From a virus, in the UHGV virus genome UHGV-0140246: a stretch of DNA of 13,672 bases. One strand, written 5' to 3'. Both the position numbers and the translations under genes were made by a program. The notes below the pieces were generated by a model. That model made no database searches. It had not been told where the DNA came from and saw nothing but the letters and a program-made list of their open reading frames with translations. This document shows positions 7,095 through 13,672 of this stretch, piece after piece. Numbering within the stretch: the first letter of the stretch is position 1; every line of letters starts with the position of its first letter.

Positions 7095-7122
7095 GGCCCG
7101 GATTTTTCCCGGGTCTTTTTTT
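7095..7122 (+). terminator. Rho-independent terminator ending the replication operon
   Basis: Stem GGCCCGG / CCGGGTC (7095-7101 and 7109-7115) with a 7-nt loop, followed by seven T (7116-7122). Confidence 0.7.
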
Positions 7123-7359
7123 CAGGTTTTGTAAATTATTTGTTCGTGGTTGTTTCTGGCTGTTCAGTGATTCTGGCTGATATTTACATACTGATTTTTA
7201 TGTATATGTTGGCGTGTGGCACTCAGACGTGAGCCGCCACAATGCCGCCTGACCCCCTGCGCGATGCCGGGTTGATCTGCGAGATGCCGAGAGTGTCGGG
7301 CGGCGCTCCCTCCGTGTTGGTTTCACGTCCTGAATCTTAACCAATACGAGAAAACCTTC

Positions 7360-8529
7360 ATGAAGAAATTAATCGAACTCCGCCAGCAAAAAACCGCCCT
7401 GAAAAACCAGATGCGATCCCTGCTGGAAAAAGCCGACAGTGAAAACCGCAGCCTGAACGATGACGAGGGCAAACAGTTTGATGAACTGCGTGCAAAAGCC
7501 GACTCCCTCGACACAGAAATTTCCCGCCTCGAGTCTGTGGCTGATGAAGAACGCAGCAAGCCAGGAACGGGCATCCAGAAATTATCATCTGATGAATTGC
7601 GTAACTACATCGTAACCGGAGATGTGCGATCACTGTCCACCAGCACTGACAGCGGCAGGGATGGCGGATATACCGTAATTCCTGAGCTCGATCGCGAAGT
7701 CATGCGCCAGCTACAGGATGACAGTGTTATGCGCGTGATCGCGACCGTGAAGACTGCAAAATCAAATGAGTTTCAGAAACTGGTTTCCACTGGCGGCGCA
7801 ACTGTAGGACGAGGCACAGAAGGCAGCGCACGCAGTGAAACCAACACCCCGAAAATTGAACGCGTAACCATCAAGCTGAATCCGATCTACGCCTACCCGA
7901 AAACCACGCAGGAAATCCTTGATTTTTCAGAGGTGGATATTCTGGGCTGGTTATCCTCCGAAATTGCCGACACGTTCGCCAGCACCGAAGAGGATGATTT
8001 TGTTAATGGCGACGGTAACGGCAAGCCGAAAGGCTTCATGGCTTACACCCGTGCGGCGACCAGTGACAAAACCCGCGCTTTTGGCACCATTGAAAAAATG
8101 GTAGCGGCAAGTGGAACCGCCATTACAGCGGACGAACTGATCGACATTCTCTACAAGCTGAAAGCGAAATACCGCAAAAATGCCGTCTGGGTGATGAACT
8201 CGGGCACGGCAGGGACACTACAGAAGCTGAAAAATGAGAACGGCGATTATATCTGGCGCGACAGCCTTAAAGAAGGTGCGCCGGATATGTTGCTTGGTCG
8301 TCCTGTTTACTGCCTGGAGTCCATGCCGGACATCGGCGCAGGAAAAGCACCGCTAGCGGTTGGCGATTTCAGTCGTGGTTATTTCATCGTTGATCATGTA
8401 ACAGGGATTCGCACCCGACCGGACAACATTACTGAACCCGGATTCTACAAGGTCCACACGGATAAATATCTGGGCGGTGGTGTGGTGGATTCAAACGCCA
8501 TCAAAATTCTGGAAATGAAAGCTGGCTAG
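7360..8529 (+). CDS. Major capsid protein, HK97 family
   Basis: 389-aa ORF; N-terminal coiled-coil-like region (MKKLIELRQQKTALKNQMRSLLEKAD...) followed by GGYTVIPELDREVMRQLQDDSVMRVIATVKT, typical of HK97-fold capsid proteins. Confidence 0.8.
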   Translation: MKKLIELRQQKTALKNQMRSLLEKADSENRSLNDDEGKQFDELRAKADSLDTEISRLESVADEERSKPGTGIQKLSSDELRNYIVTGDVRSLSTSTDSGRDGGYTVIPELDREVMRQLQDDSVMRVIATVKTAKSNEFQKLVSTGGATVGRGTEGSARSETNTPKIERVTIKLNPIYAYPKTTQEILDFSEVDILGWLSSEIADTFASTEEDDFVNGDGNGKPKGFMAYTRAATSDKTRAFGTIEKMVAASGTAITADELIDILYKLKAKYRKNAVWVMNSGTAGTLQKLKNENGDYIWRDSLKEGAPDMLLGRPVYCLESMPDIGAGKAPLAVGDFSRGYFIVDHVTGIRTRPDNITEPGFYKVHTDKYLGGGVVDSNAIKILEMKAG

Positions 8530-8540
8530 TCATGAGTAAG

Positions 8541-8563
8541 GAGGAGGCTGCGGCCTCCTTTTT
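8541..8563 (+). terminator. Hairpin plus T-tract immediately after the capsid gene; candidate partial terminator/attenuator
   Basis: Stem AGGAGGC / GCCTCCT (8542-8548 and 8553-8559), 4-nt loop, then TTTT (8560-8563). Confidence 0.45.
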
Positions 8564-8583
8564 CAGCTTTATGGAGTACACCG

Positions 8584-9144
8584 ATGAAAAACACCGATTT
8601 TGAAATCCGCACATCTGAACTGACCGCCAGCAATAAAAAGCTGGTGGGGTATGCCGTTCGCTGGAACAGCCTTTCAGAAATTATCTGGGACGAATTCCGC
8701 GAACAGTTCACGCCGGGGGCTTTTGCTGACTATCTGGCGGCGGGTAATGATGTGCGCTGCCTGTATGAGCATGACTATACCCAACTGCTGGGGCGCACCA
8801 AATCCGGCACTCTGGTACTGACTGAGGATAACACCGGGTTACGTTTTGAACTGACACCGCCGGATACCCAGCTTGGAAAAGATGTGCTTACGCTGGTGGA
8901 GCGTGGCGACATTACAGGAATGAGCTTTGGTTTTCGCGCATTATGCGAGGAGTGGAGTATCGCGCAAAAACCGTATTTGCGTACCGTAACCGCCGCTGAA
9001 CTCCGTGAAATCACAATAACGTCGATGCCTGCTTATCCAGAATCTGGCGTGGAGATTGCCCACCGTTCGTTGTTTGCACAGCACCCTGAATTATGCCCGA
9101 CAGGAAATAATCGTCATCGCTGGTCTGAGCTGGCGGGGTTGTGA
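8584..9144 (+). CDS. Prohead maturation protease, HK97 family
   Basis: 186-aa ORF; LVGYAVRWNSLSEIIWDEFREQFTPGAFADYL and ITGMSFGFR motifs match my recollection of HK97-type prohead proteases. Confidence 0.75.
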   Translation: MKNTDFEIRTSELTASNKKLVGYAVRWNSLSEIIWDEFREQFTPGAFADYLAAGNDVRCLYEHDYTQLLGRTKSGTLVLTEDNTGLRFELTPPDTQLGKDVLTLVERGDITGMSFGFRALCEEWSIAQKPYLRTVTAAELREITITSMPAYPESGVEIAHRSLFAQHPELCPTGNNRHRWSELAGL

Positions 9145-9145
9145 T

Positions 9146-10360
9146 ATGTGGTGGCCTTTTAGTCGTAAAAAAAGCGAGCAGCGTAACCTGTCCATTGATG
9201 ATTTTCTGGCGCTGTCCGGCGTACCGAATACCGGATCCGGAGAATATGTTTCTGCCGGGACGGCTGAATCATTGCCTGCAGTGATGAATGCGGTTTCTGT
9301 CATCGCTGAGGCGGTGGCCACGATGCCGTGTTATCTGTATCTGGTACGTAATGACAAGGGCAGGGAGGCGCGGGAATGGCTGGACAGTCACCCGGTAGAT
9401 ATTCTGCTGAATGAGCAGCCTAATTCGTGCCAGACACCTTACCAGTTTAAACGCACAATGATGCGTCACTGCCTGCTGAACGGTAACGCCTATGCGGTTA
9501 TTGAGTGGGGGCAGGACGGGCAGCCAAAATCACTTCATCCTTATGCGCCGGGGTGTGTTGTACCGGAACGCACAGGCGCACACAAATACCGCTATACCAT
9601 CACCGAACCCTATACAGGAACGGTGCGCACGTATTTACAGGAAGAAGTTCTGCATCTCCGCTATGCCTCGGATGATGGCTTTCTGGGGCGCTCCCCCGTC
9701 ACGATTTGCCGTGAGGCACTTGGGCTTGGCCTTGCTCAACAGCGCCACGGAGCCAGCATTATGAAAGATGGCATGATGGCGGCAGGGATTATCACGTCAG
9801 GCGAATGGCTGGACGGCGTGAAAGGTAAACAGGCATTGGATGCTCTGGAACGCTACAAGGGGGCGAAAAATGCCGGAAAAACGCCAATCCTTGAAGGGGG
9901 CATGGATTACAGGCAACTGGGAATGAGTAACCAGGATGCGGAATGGCTGGCCTCCCGTCGCTTCTCCATTGAAGACATCGCCCGCATGTTCAACGTATCG
10001 CCTATTTTTCTGCAGGAATACAGCAACAGCACCTACAGCAATTTCAGCGAGGCAAGCCGCGCGTTTCTGACCATGACAATGCGCCCGTGGCTGGCGAACT
10101 TCGAACAGCAAATCAAGGCCGCTTTGCTGGTGGCTTCTCCCGTACCTGGTACCCGTTATCTGGTTGAGTTTGATTCAGCCGATTTATTACGCGCCACACC
10201 CACCGAACGTTATGCCACGTATGAGAAAGGGATTAAGAACGGGATCATGAATCCGAACGAAGCCCGTGAGCGTGAGGGTATGCCGCCGCGTGAAGGTGGT
10301 GATGAGTTCAGCCAGGCATGGAAACAGACTGTGGAAATTAAAGGGAGAAAAGATGATTGA
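9146..10360 (+). CDS. Portal protein, HK97 family; start taken as ATG 9146, 1 nt after the protease stop
   Basis: About 404-aa product; LPAVMNAVSVIAEAVATMPCYLY motif near the N-terminus; the ORF is open from 9056 but that would overlap the protease gene by about 90 nt. Confidence 0.75.
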   Translation: MWWPFSRKKSEQRNLSIDDFLALSGVPNTGSGEYVSAGTAESLPAVMNAVSVIAEAVATMPCYLYLVRNDKGREAREWLDSHPVDILLNEQPNSCQTPYQFKRTMMRHCLLNGNAYAVIEWGQDGQPKSLHPYAPGCVVPERTGAHKYRYTITEPYTGTVRTYLQEEVLHLRYASDDGFLGRSPVTICREALGLGLAQQRHGASIMKDGMMAAGIITSGEWLDGVKGKQALDALERYKGAKNAGKTPILEGGMDYRQLGMSNQDAEWLASRRFSIEDIARMFNVSPIFLQEYSNSTYSNFSEASRAFLTMTMRPWLANFEQQIKAALLVASPVPGTRYLVEFDSADLLRATPTERYATYEKGIKNGIMNPNEAREREGMPPREGGDEFSQAWKQTVEIKGRKDD

Positions 10361-10655
10361 AGCCAGAATTACACCTGATGAAGTCAGGGCACATCTTCGA
10401 CTTGATGATGATTTATCCGGTGAAGGCGAACTTCTGAAAATGTATACCGATGCGGCGCTGGAAGCCTGCCAGAAGCATATCGGGAAACGTTTTGAAGACG
10501 GGCTGGAATTTACCCCGGCAATGCGTGTTGGTTGCCTGATGTACATCGCTTTCCTGTACGAGAACCGGGAAGCGGTTTCACCAGTGGAGCACTCGGAACT
10601 GCCTATGGCTATTTCTGCGCTCTGGTCAGTTTATCGTGACGTAGGGGTGTACTGA
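10353..10655 (+). CDS. Head-tail connector protein (gp6-like)
   Basis: Internal ATG at 10353 preceded by GGGAGAAAAG; translation MIEARITPDEVRAHLRLDDDLSGEGELLKMYTDAALEACQ resembles the gp6-like connector family; overlaps the portal stop. Confidence 0.65.
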   Translation: MIEARITPDEVRAHLRLDDDLSGEGELLKMYTDAALEACQKHIGKRFEDGLEFTPAMRVGCLMYIAFLYENREAVSPVEHSELPMAISALWSVYRDVGVY

Positions 10656-11095
10656 TGCCGTGGCAACCATTAAGGCGATGCACTGAGCCTGGCTGTAATA
10701 AGCGCGTGAAGTCCGGCAAGTGTGAAGAGCACAGGCGGGCTGCATGGCGTGCAGAGGATGCCAGACGGGGACACCGCCGCGCGCGCGGGTATTCCCGACA
10801 GTGGGACAAATACCGCGCCCTGTACCTGAGCAAAAACCCGTTATGCGTGCGTTGTCTGGCTAAGGGGATTTATACGCCAGCTCTTGTGGTGGATCACATC
10901 ATTCCCATCAATGGCGGCGGTGATGTTCTCTTCTGGCCTGAGTGGAATCACCAGGCATTGTGCCAGACGTGCCACAACCGTAAGACGACACGGGAAGATC
11001 CAGCCACGAAAGCAAACCGTAAAGCGGGCATGTATCGCGAGCAGGAAGAACGGGCGGCACACCGTAACGACTGGATGTATGGCGATGATGACTGA
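10655..11095 (+). CDS. HNH endonuclease (phage packaging-associated)
   Basis: 146-aa ORF; Cys-rich N-terminus; HNH-like core DHIIPINGGG...NHQALCQTCHNRKT; located immediately upstream of the terminase genes. Confidence 0.8.
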   Translation: MPWQPLRRCTEPGCNKRVKSGKCEEHRRAAWRAEDARRGHRRARGYSRQWDKYRALYLSKNPLCVRCLAKGIYTPALVVDHIIPINGGGDVLFWPEWNHQALCQTCHNRKTTREDPATKANRKAGMYREQEERAAHRNDWMYGDDD

Positions 11096-11264
11096 ACAGG
11101 AGCAAACCAGGCTGATACGTGGACTGATAAGGCAGCGTGACACATGGAAGACACAGGAGACAGAGCACAAAGCCAACAGGACAGGGCGCACAAAACGCAC
11201 CACAGCGAAGCGATTAACCGACCGTGACCGCGAGGTCATGGAATGTTTTCGCAATCGCTGGTGA
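11079..11264 (+). CDS. Possible small basic protein overlapping the HNH 3' end in another frame; existence uncertain
   Basis: ORF from ATG 11079 (alternative ATGs at 11085 and 11088) encoding MAMMTEQEQTRLIRGLIRQRDTWKTQETEHKANRTGRTKRTTAKRLTDRDREVMECFRNRW; no clear Shine-Dalgarno. Confidence 0.3.
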   Translation: MAMMTEQEQTRLIRGLIRQRDTWKTQETEHKANRTGRTKRTTAKRLTDRDREVMECFRNRW

Positions 11265-11383
11265 GGCCGTCAGAGGGGGTGGGGGTGGTTTTCAGGACGA
11301 AACCGTCCCTGCCGGACACCGACCGCCCCCTCAAATTTTTGTGCACGGTAATTTTTTTGAAAATAATTGGGCGAAAAAAGAAC
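11265..11383. other. Candidate cos/packaging-signal region between the HNH gene and terS
   Basis: G-runs CAGAGGGGGTGGGGGTGG (11271-11288); nested inverted repeats GAGGGGG (11273-11279) / CCCCCTC (11326-11332) and GGACG / CGTCC (11295-11308); followed by AT-rich T-tracts 11336-11357. Confidence 0.4.
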
Positions 11384-11740
11384 ATGGCAAGACCACCAAA
11401 AGCCCCCGCTTACCTGGATGAAATCGCGGTCAGGCAGTGGAAGGAAAAATCGCGCCAGCTTTCCGGGCGGGAAGACCTTACCCCCGCCGACTGGAGCAAT
11501 CTGGAACTGTATTGCGTTAACTACTCCATATACCGCAAAGCCGTCGAAGACCTTGCGACGCGCGGGTTCAGCATTGTTAACAGTCAGGGCAGCGAGAGCA
11601 GAAACCCCGCCCTGAGCGCAAAGGCTGACGCAGAAAGAATAATGATCAAAATGGCTTCTTTGCTGGGTTTTGACCCGGTAAGCCGCCGCAGAAATCCACC
11701 GGAAACAGAGGAAGAGGACGAGCTTGACTGCCTGGCATGA
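11384..11740 (+). CDS. terS: Terminase small subunit, P27 family-like
   Basis: Internal ATG at 11384; N-terminus MARPPKAPAYLDEIAVRQWKE matches what I recall of P27-family TerS; about 118 aa; the ORF is open from 11243 but that part overlaps the cos-like region. Confidence 0.7.
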   Translation: MARPPKAPAYLDEIAVRQWKEKSRQLSGREDLTPADWSNLELYCVNYSIYRKAVEDLATRGFSIVNSQGSESRNPALSAKADAERIMIKMASLLGFDPVSRRRNPPETEEEDELDCLA

Positions 11741-13385
11741 GTACGCAGAAGGCGTAAAAAACGGCAAAATTACGGCCTGTAAACGACTGAAACAGGCCGT
11801 TAAACGGTATTTTTCTGACCTTGAAAACCCCCTTTACACGTTCGATCCGGAGGTCGTTGAGCGGTTTATTGCCTTTTCCAGGGTGTGTCCGCACGTAAAA
11901 GGCGCAATGCGTGGTAGCCCCATTGAGCTGGAGCCGTGGCAGCAGTTCGCCTTTGCGTGCATCCTGGGCTTTAAGGTTAAGGCCACCGGACGGCGCAAAT
12001 ACACCAGCGCATTCATTGAAGTACCGCGAAAAAATGCCAAATCCACGGTCGCCGCTATCCTGGCTAACTGGTTTCTGGTTATGGAAAACGGGCAGCAGGA
12101 TATTTACACCGCCGCCGTGAGTCGTGATCAGGCGCGGATCGTGTTTGATGATGCGCGTCAGATGTGCCTTTTATCCCGACCGTTACGAAAGCGGGTAAAT
12201 ATTCAGGCACACAAGGTGATACACCCGAAAACCAACAGCCTGTTAAAGCCACTGGCAGCAAAAGCAGCAACCATTGAAGGTACAAACCCGAGTCTTGCCA
12301 TTGTGGATGAATATCACCTGCACCCTGACAACGGGGTTTATTCCGCGCTTGAACTGGGAATGGGGGCACGCCCAGAGGGGCTGTTATTTGCCATCACCAC
12401 ATCGGGGAGCAACGTTGTTTCAGCCTGTAAACAACACTACGACTATTGCTGCCAGATACTGGATGGTGAAGAGGTGAACGAATCCATGTTCGTGCTGATT
12501 TATGAGCTGGATGATGAAAGCGAGGTTGACGATCCGGCGATGTGGATAAAGGCGAATCCCAATATCGATGTTTCCGTAGATCGTGAAAAACTGGCCTCAA
12601 CCATCCAGAAAGCGCGGGGTATTCCGTCGCAGTGGGTGGAAATGCTCACCAAGCGATTCAATATCTGGTGTCAGGGGGCTACGCCGTGGATGGGTAACGG
12701 TGCATGGGCTGAGTGCGCCGGAACGTTCACGGAGGAAGATTTACACGGTCAGGAGTGTTACGCGGGGCTTGATTTATCATCCACAAGCGACATCTCCAGC
12801 GTGTGCTATGCCTTTCCGGTTGGTAAAACCATTATGCTGGTTTCTCGTCACTATCTGCCGGAATTTCAGCTACAGAACCCCGCCAATAAAAACCGCGCCA
12901 TCTATCGCCAGTGGGCAAAGGCGGGCTGGATACGCACAACACCGGGTGACTGCATTGATTATGACCGTATCCGTGATGACATCATGCTGGATGCAGAGAA
13001 TTTCAATATCAGGCTGGTGGGCTTTGATACGTGGAACGCCACGCACCTGAGAACGCAGTTACAGGGGGCAGGCTTTGAGGTGGAGCCGTTCCCTCAAACC
13101 TACCTTCGTTTCAGTCCGGCGGCGAAATCGTTCGAGGTTTTTGTTAACCGGAAGGTGATTGTGCATCGTGGTGATCCTGTGCTGGCCTGGTCAATGAGTA
13201 ATGTTGTGATGCAGAGTGACGCGAACGCCAATATCAAGCCGAACAAGAAAAAATCATCCAACAAGATAGACCCGAGCGTTGCGGCGCTGATGGCGTTTGG
13301 CACATTCCAGGCTGAGCATGAGGAATTTGCATTTGATATGAGCGACAGCCAGAAAGAGCGACTAGCGGCGTTTGATGGGGTATGA
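11724..13385 (+). CDS. terL: Terminase large subunit; apparent TTG start at 11724 with GAGGA Shine-Dalgarno 5 nt upstream
   Basis: 553-aa ORF overlapping the terS 3' end by 17 nt; first in-frame ATG lies about 60 codons further in; size and position after terS fit a large terminase. Confidence 0.8.
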   Translation: MTAWHEYAEGVKNGKITACKRLKQAVKRYFSDLENPLYTFDPEVVERFIAFSRVCPHVKGAMRGSPIELEPWQQFAFACILGFKVKATGRRKYTSAFIEVPRKNAKSTVAAILANWFLVMENGQQDIYTAAVSRDQARIVFDDARQMCLLSRPLRKRVNIQAHKVIHPKTNSLLKPLAAKAATIEGTNPSLAIVDEYHLHPDNGVYSALELGMGARPEGLLFAITTSGSNVVSACKQHYDYCCQILDGEEVNESMFVLIYELDDESEVDDPAMWIKANPNIDVSVDREKLASTIQKARGIPSQWVEMLTKRFNIWCQGATPWMGNGAWAECAGTFTEEDLHGQECYAGLDLSSTSDISSVCYAFPVGKTIMLVSRHYLPEFQLQNPANKNRAIYRQWAKAGWIRTTPGDCIDYDRIRDDIMLDAENFNIRLVGFDTWNATHLRTQLQGAGFEVEPFPQTYLRFSPAAKSFEVFVNRKVIVHRGDPVLAWSMSNVVMQSDANANIKPNKKKSSNKIDPSVAALMAFGTFQAEHEEFAFDMSDSQKERLAAFDGV

Positions 13386-13672
13386 CGAGAATGACTGAAA
13401 CTGATCTACTAAAAATAATTCGCCGCATTACCGGAATCAGTCAGCAGCCTGACGAACAGGCTACACAGCCGGACAGCGTGATAGCCGAAAATTACGCGCG
13501 TGTGGTGGCTGAGGTAATGCGCCGTGACGGTATTGAGCTTAACGGCGTGGATATGCGCAACATACGAACCAGAGTTCTTGAGTTGCTGGCATACCGTCGC
13601 CGTTCTCAACAACGGAGGGAGAGCGCGAAAAATACTTACCAGTGGAGGAAGCCGGAGCACTTACGGCGGTAA
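13382..13672 (+). CDS. Hypothetical protein (96 aa), last gene of the packaging operon within the window
   Basis: ATG overlaps the terL stop (ATGA at 13382-13385); stop TAA at 13670-13672. Confidence 0.5.
   Translation: MTRMTETDLLKIIRRITGISQQPDEQATQPDSVIAENYARVVAEVMRRDGIELNGVDMRNIRTRVLELLAYRRRSQQRRESAKNTYQWRKPEHLRR

Larger units (their letters stand above)
1..13672. mobile_element. Integrated satellite element (P4-like replication module plus HK97-like capsid/packaging module; capsid-forming PICI-like); boundaries and att sites outside the window
   Basis: Gene content and order: int, HTH regulators, primase with iteron ori, SSB, then capsid, protease, portal, connector, HNH, TerS, TerL, all co-oriented; no tail or lysis genes seen in the window. 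Confidence 0.7.

Noticed and set aside
7123-7359. P2 Ogr / P4 Delta-type late-promoter site (TGT-N12-ACA) upstream of the capsid operon
   Set aside because: The only TGT...ACA dyad found (TGTGGC-N15-GCCACA) has the wrong spacing, so no claim of an Ogr/Delta-type activator site is made.
9056-9145. Upstream extension of the portal ORF starting at 9056
   Set aside because: It would overlap the protease gene by about 90 nt, whereas ATG 9146 lies 1 nt after the protease stop and gives a typical portal length of about 404 aa.
4111-13050. Plus-strand ORFs nested in alternative frames of larger genes (4111-4443, 4840-5022, 7919-8104, 9492-9764, 11911-12120, 12274-12477, 12583-13050)
   Set aside because: Each lies entirely within a longer ORF with recognisable motifs, and their translations are Arg/Cys/Trp-rich and low in complexity. 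Judged to be frame artefacts.
115-13660. Minus-strand ORFs antisense to the main genes (for example 597-899, 4682-5167, 6133-6372, 6757-7005, 7358-7633, 10841-11254, 11270-11767)
   Set aside because: All are antisense to plus-strand genes with clear family motifs and consistent operon structure, and none has a recognisable motif or a ribosome-binding site. Only 2903-3085 was retained because it sits in an otherwise non-coding gap next to operator-like palindromes.

Overview
The window reads as one nearly complete integrated satellite element of an enterobacterial genome, all on the + strand except one small divergent gene. It appears to combine a P4-like integration/replication module with an HK97-type head and packaging module and no tail or lysis genes, which matches what I recall of capsid-forming PICIs. 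From left to right: tyrosine integrase (1-1422), an AT-rich cargo gene (1419-2219), two small HTH regulators (Xis-like, AlpA-like), a divergent ribbon-helix-helix-like gene with two perfect 12-bp palindromic operators, an Icd-like ORF plus two unknown small ORFs, a primase/helicase with a P-loop, and directly downstream an iteron cluster (about 11 copies of TGTTCACC) that is the likely origin. An SSB-like gene and a strong terminator follow, then major capsid, prohead protease, portal, head-tail connector, HNH endonuclease, small and large terminase, and a final 96-aa ORF. The att sites are presumably just outside the window. All calls rest on reading the ORF translations and the DNA by eye; no searches were run, so family assignments are recollections of conserved motifs and need HMM/BLAST confirmation.
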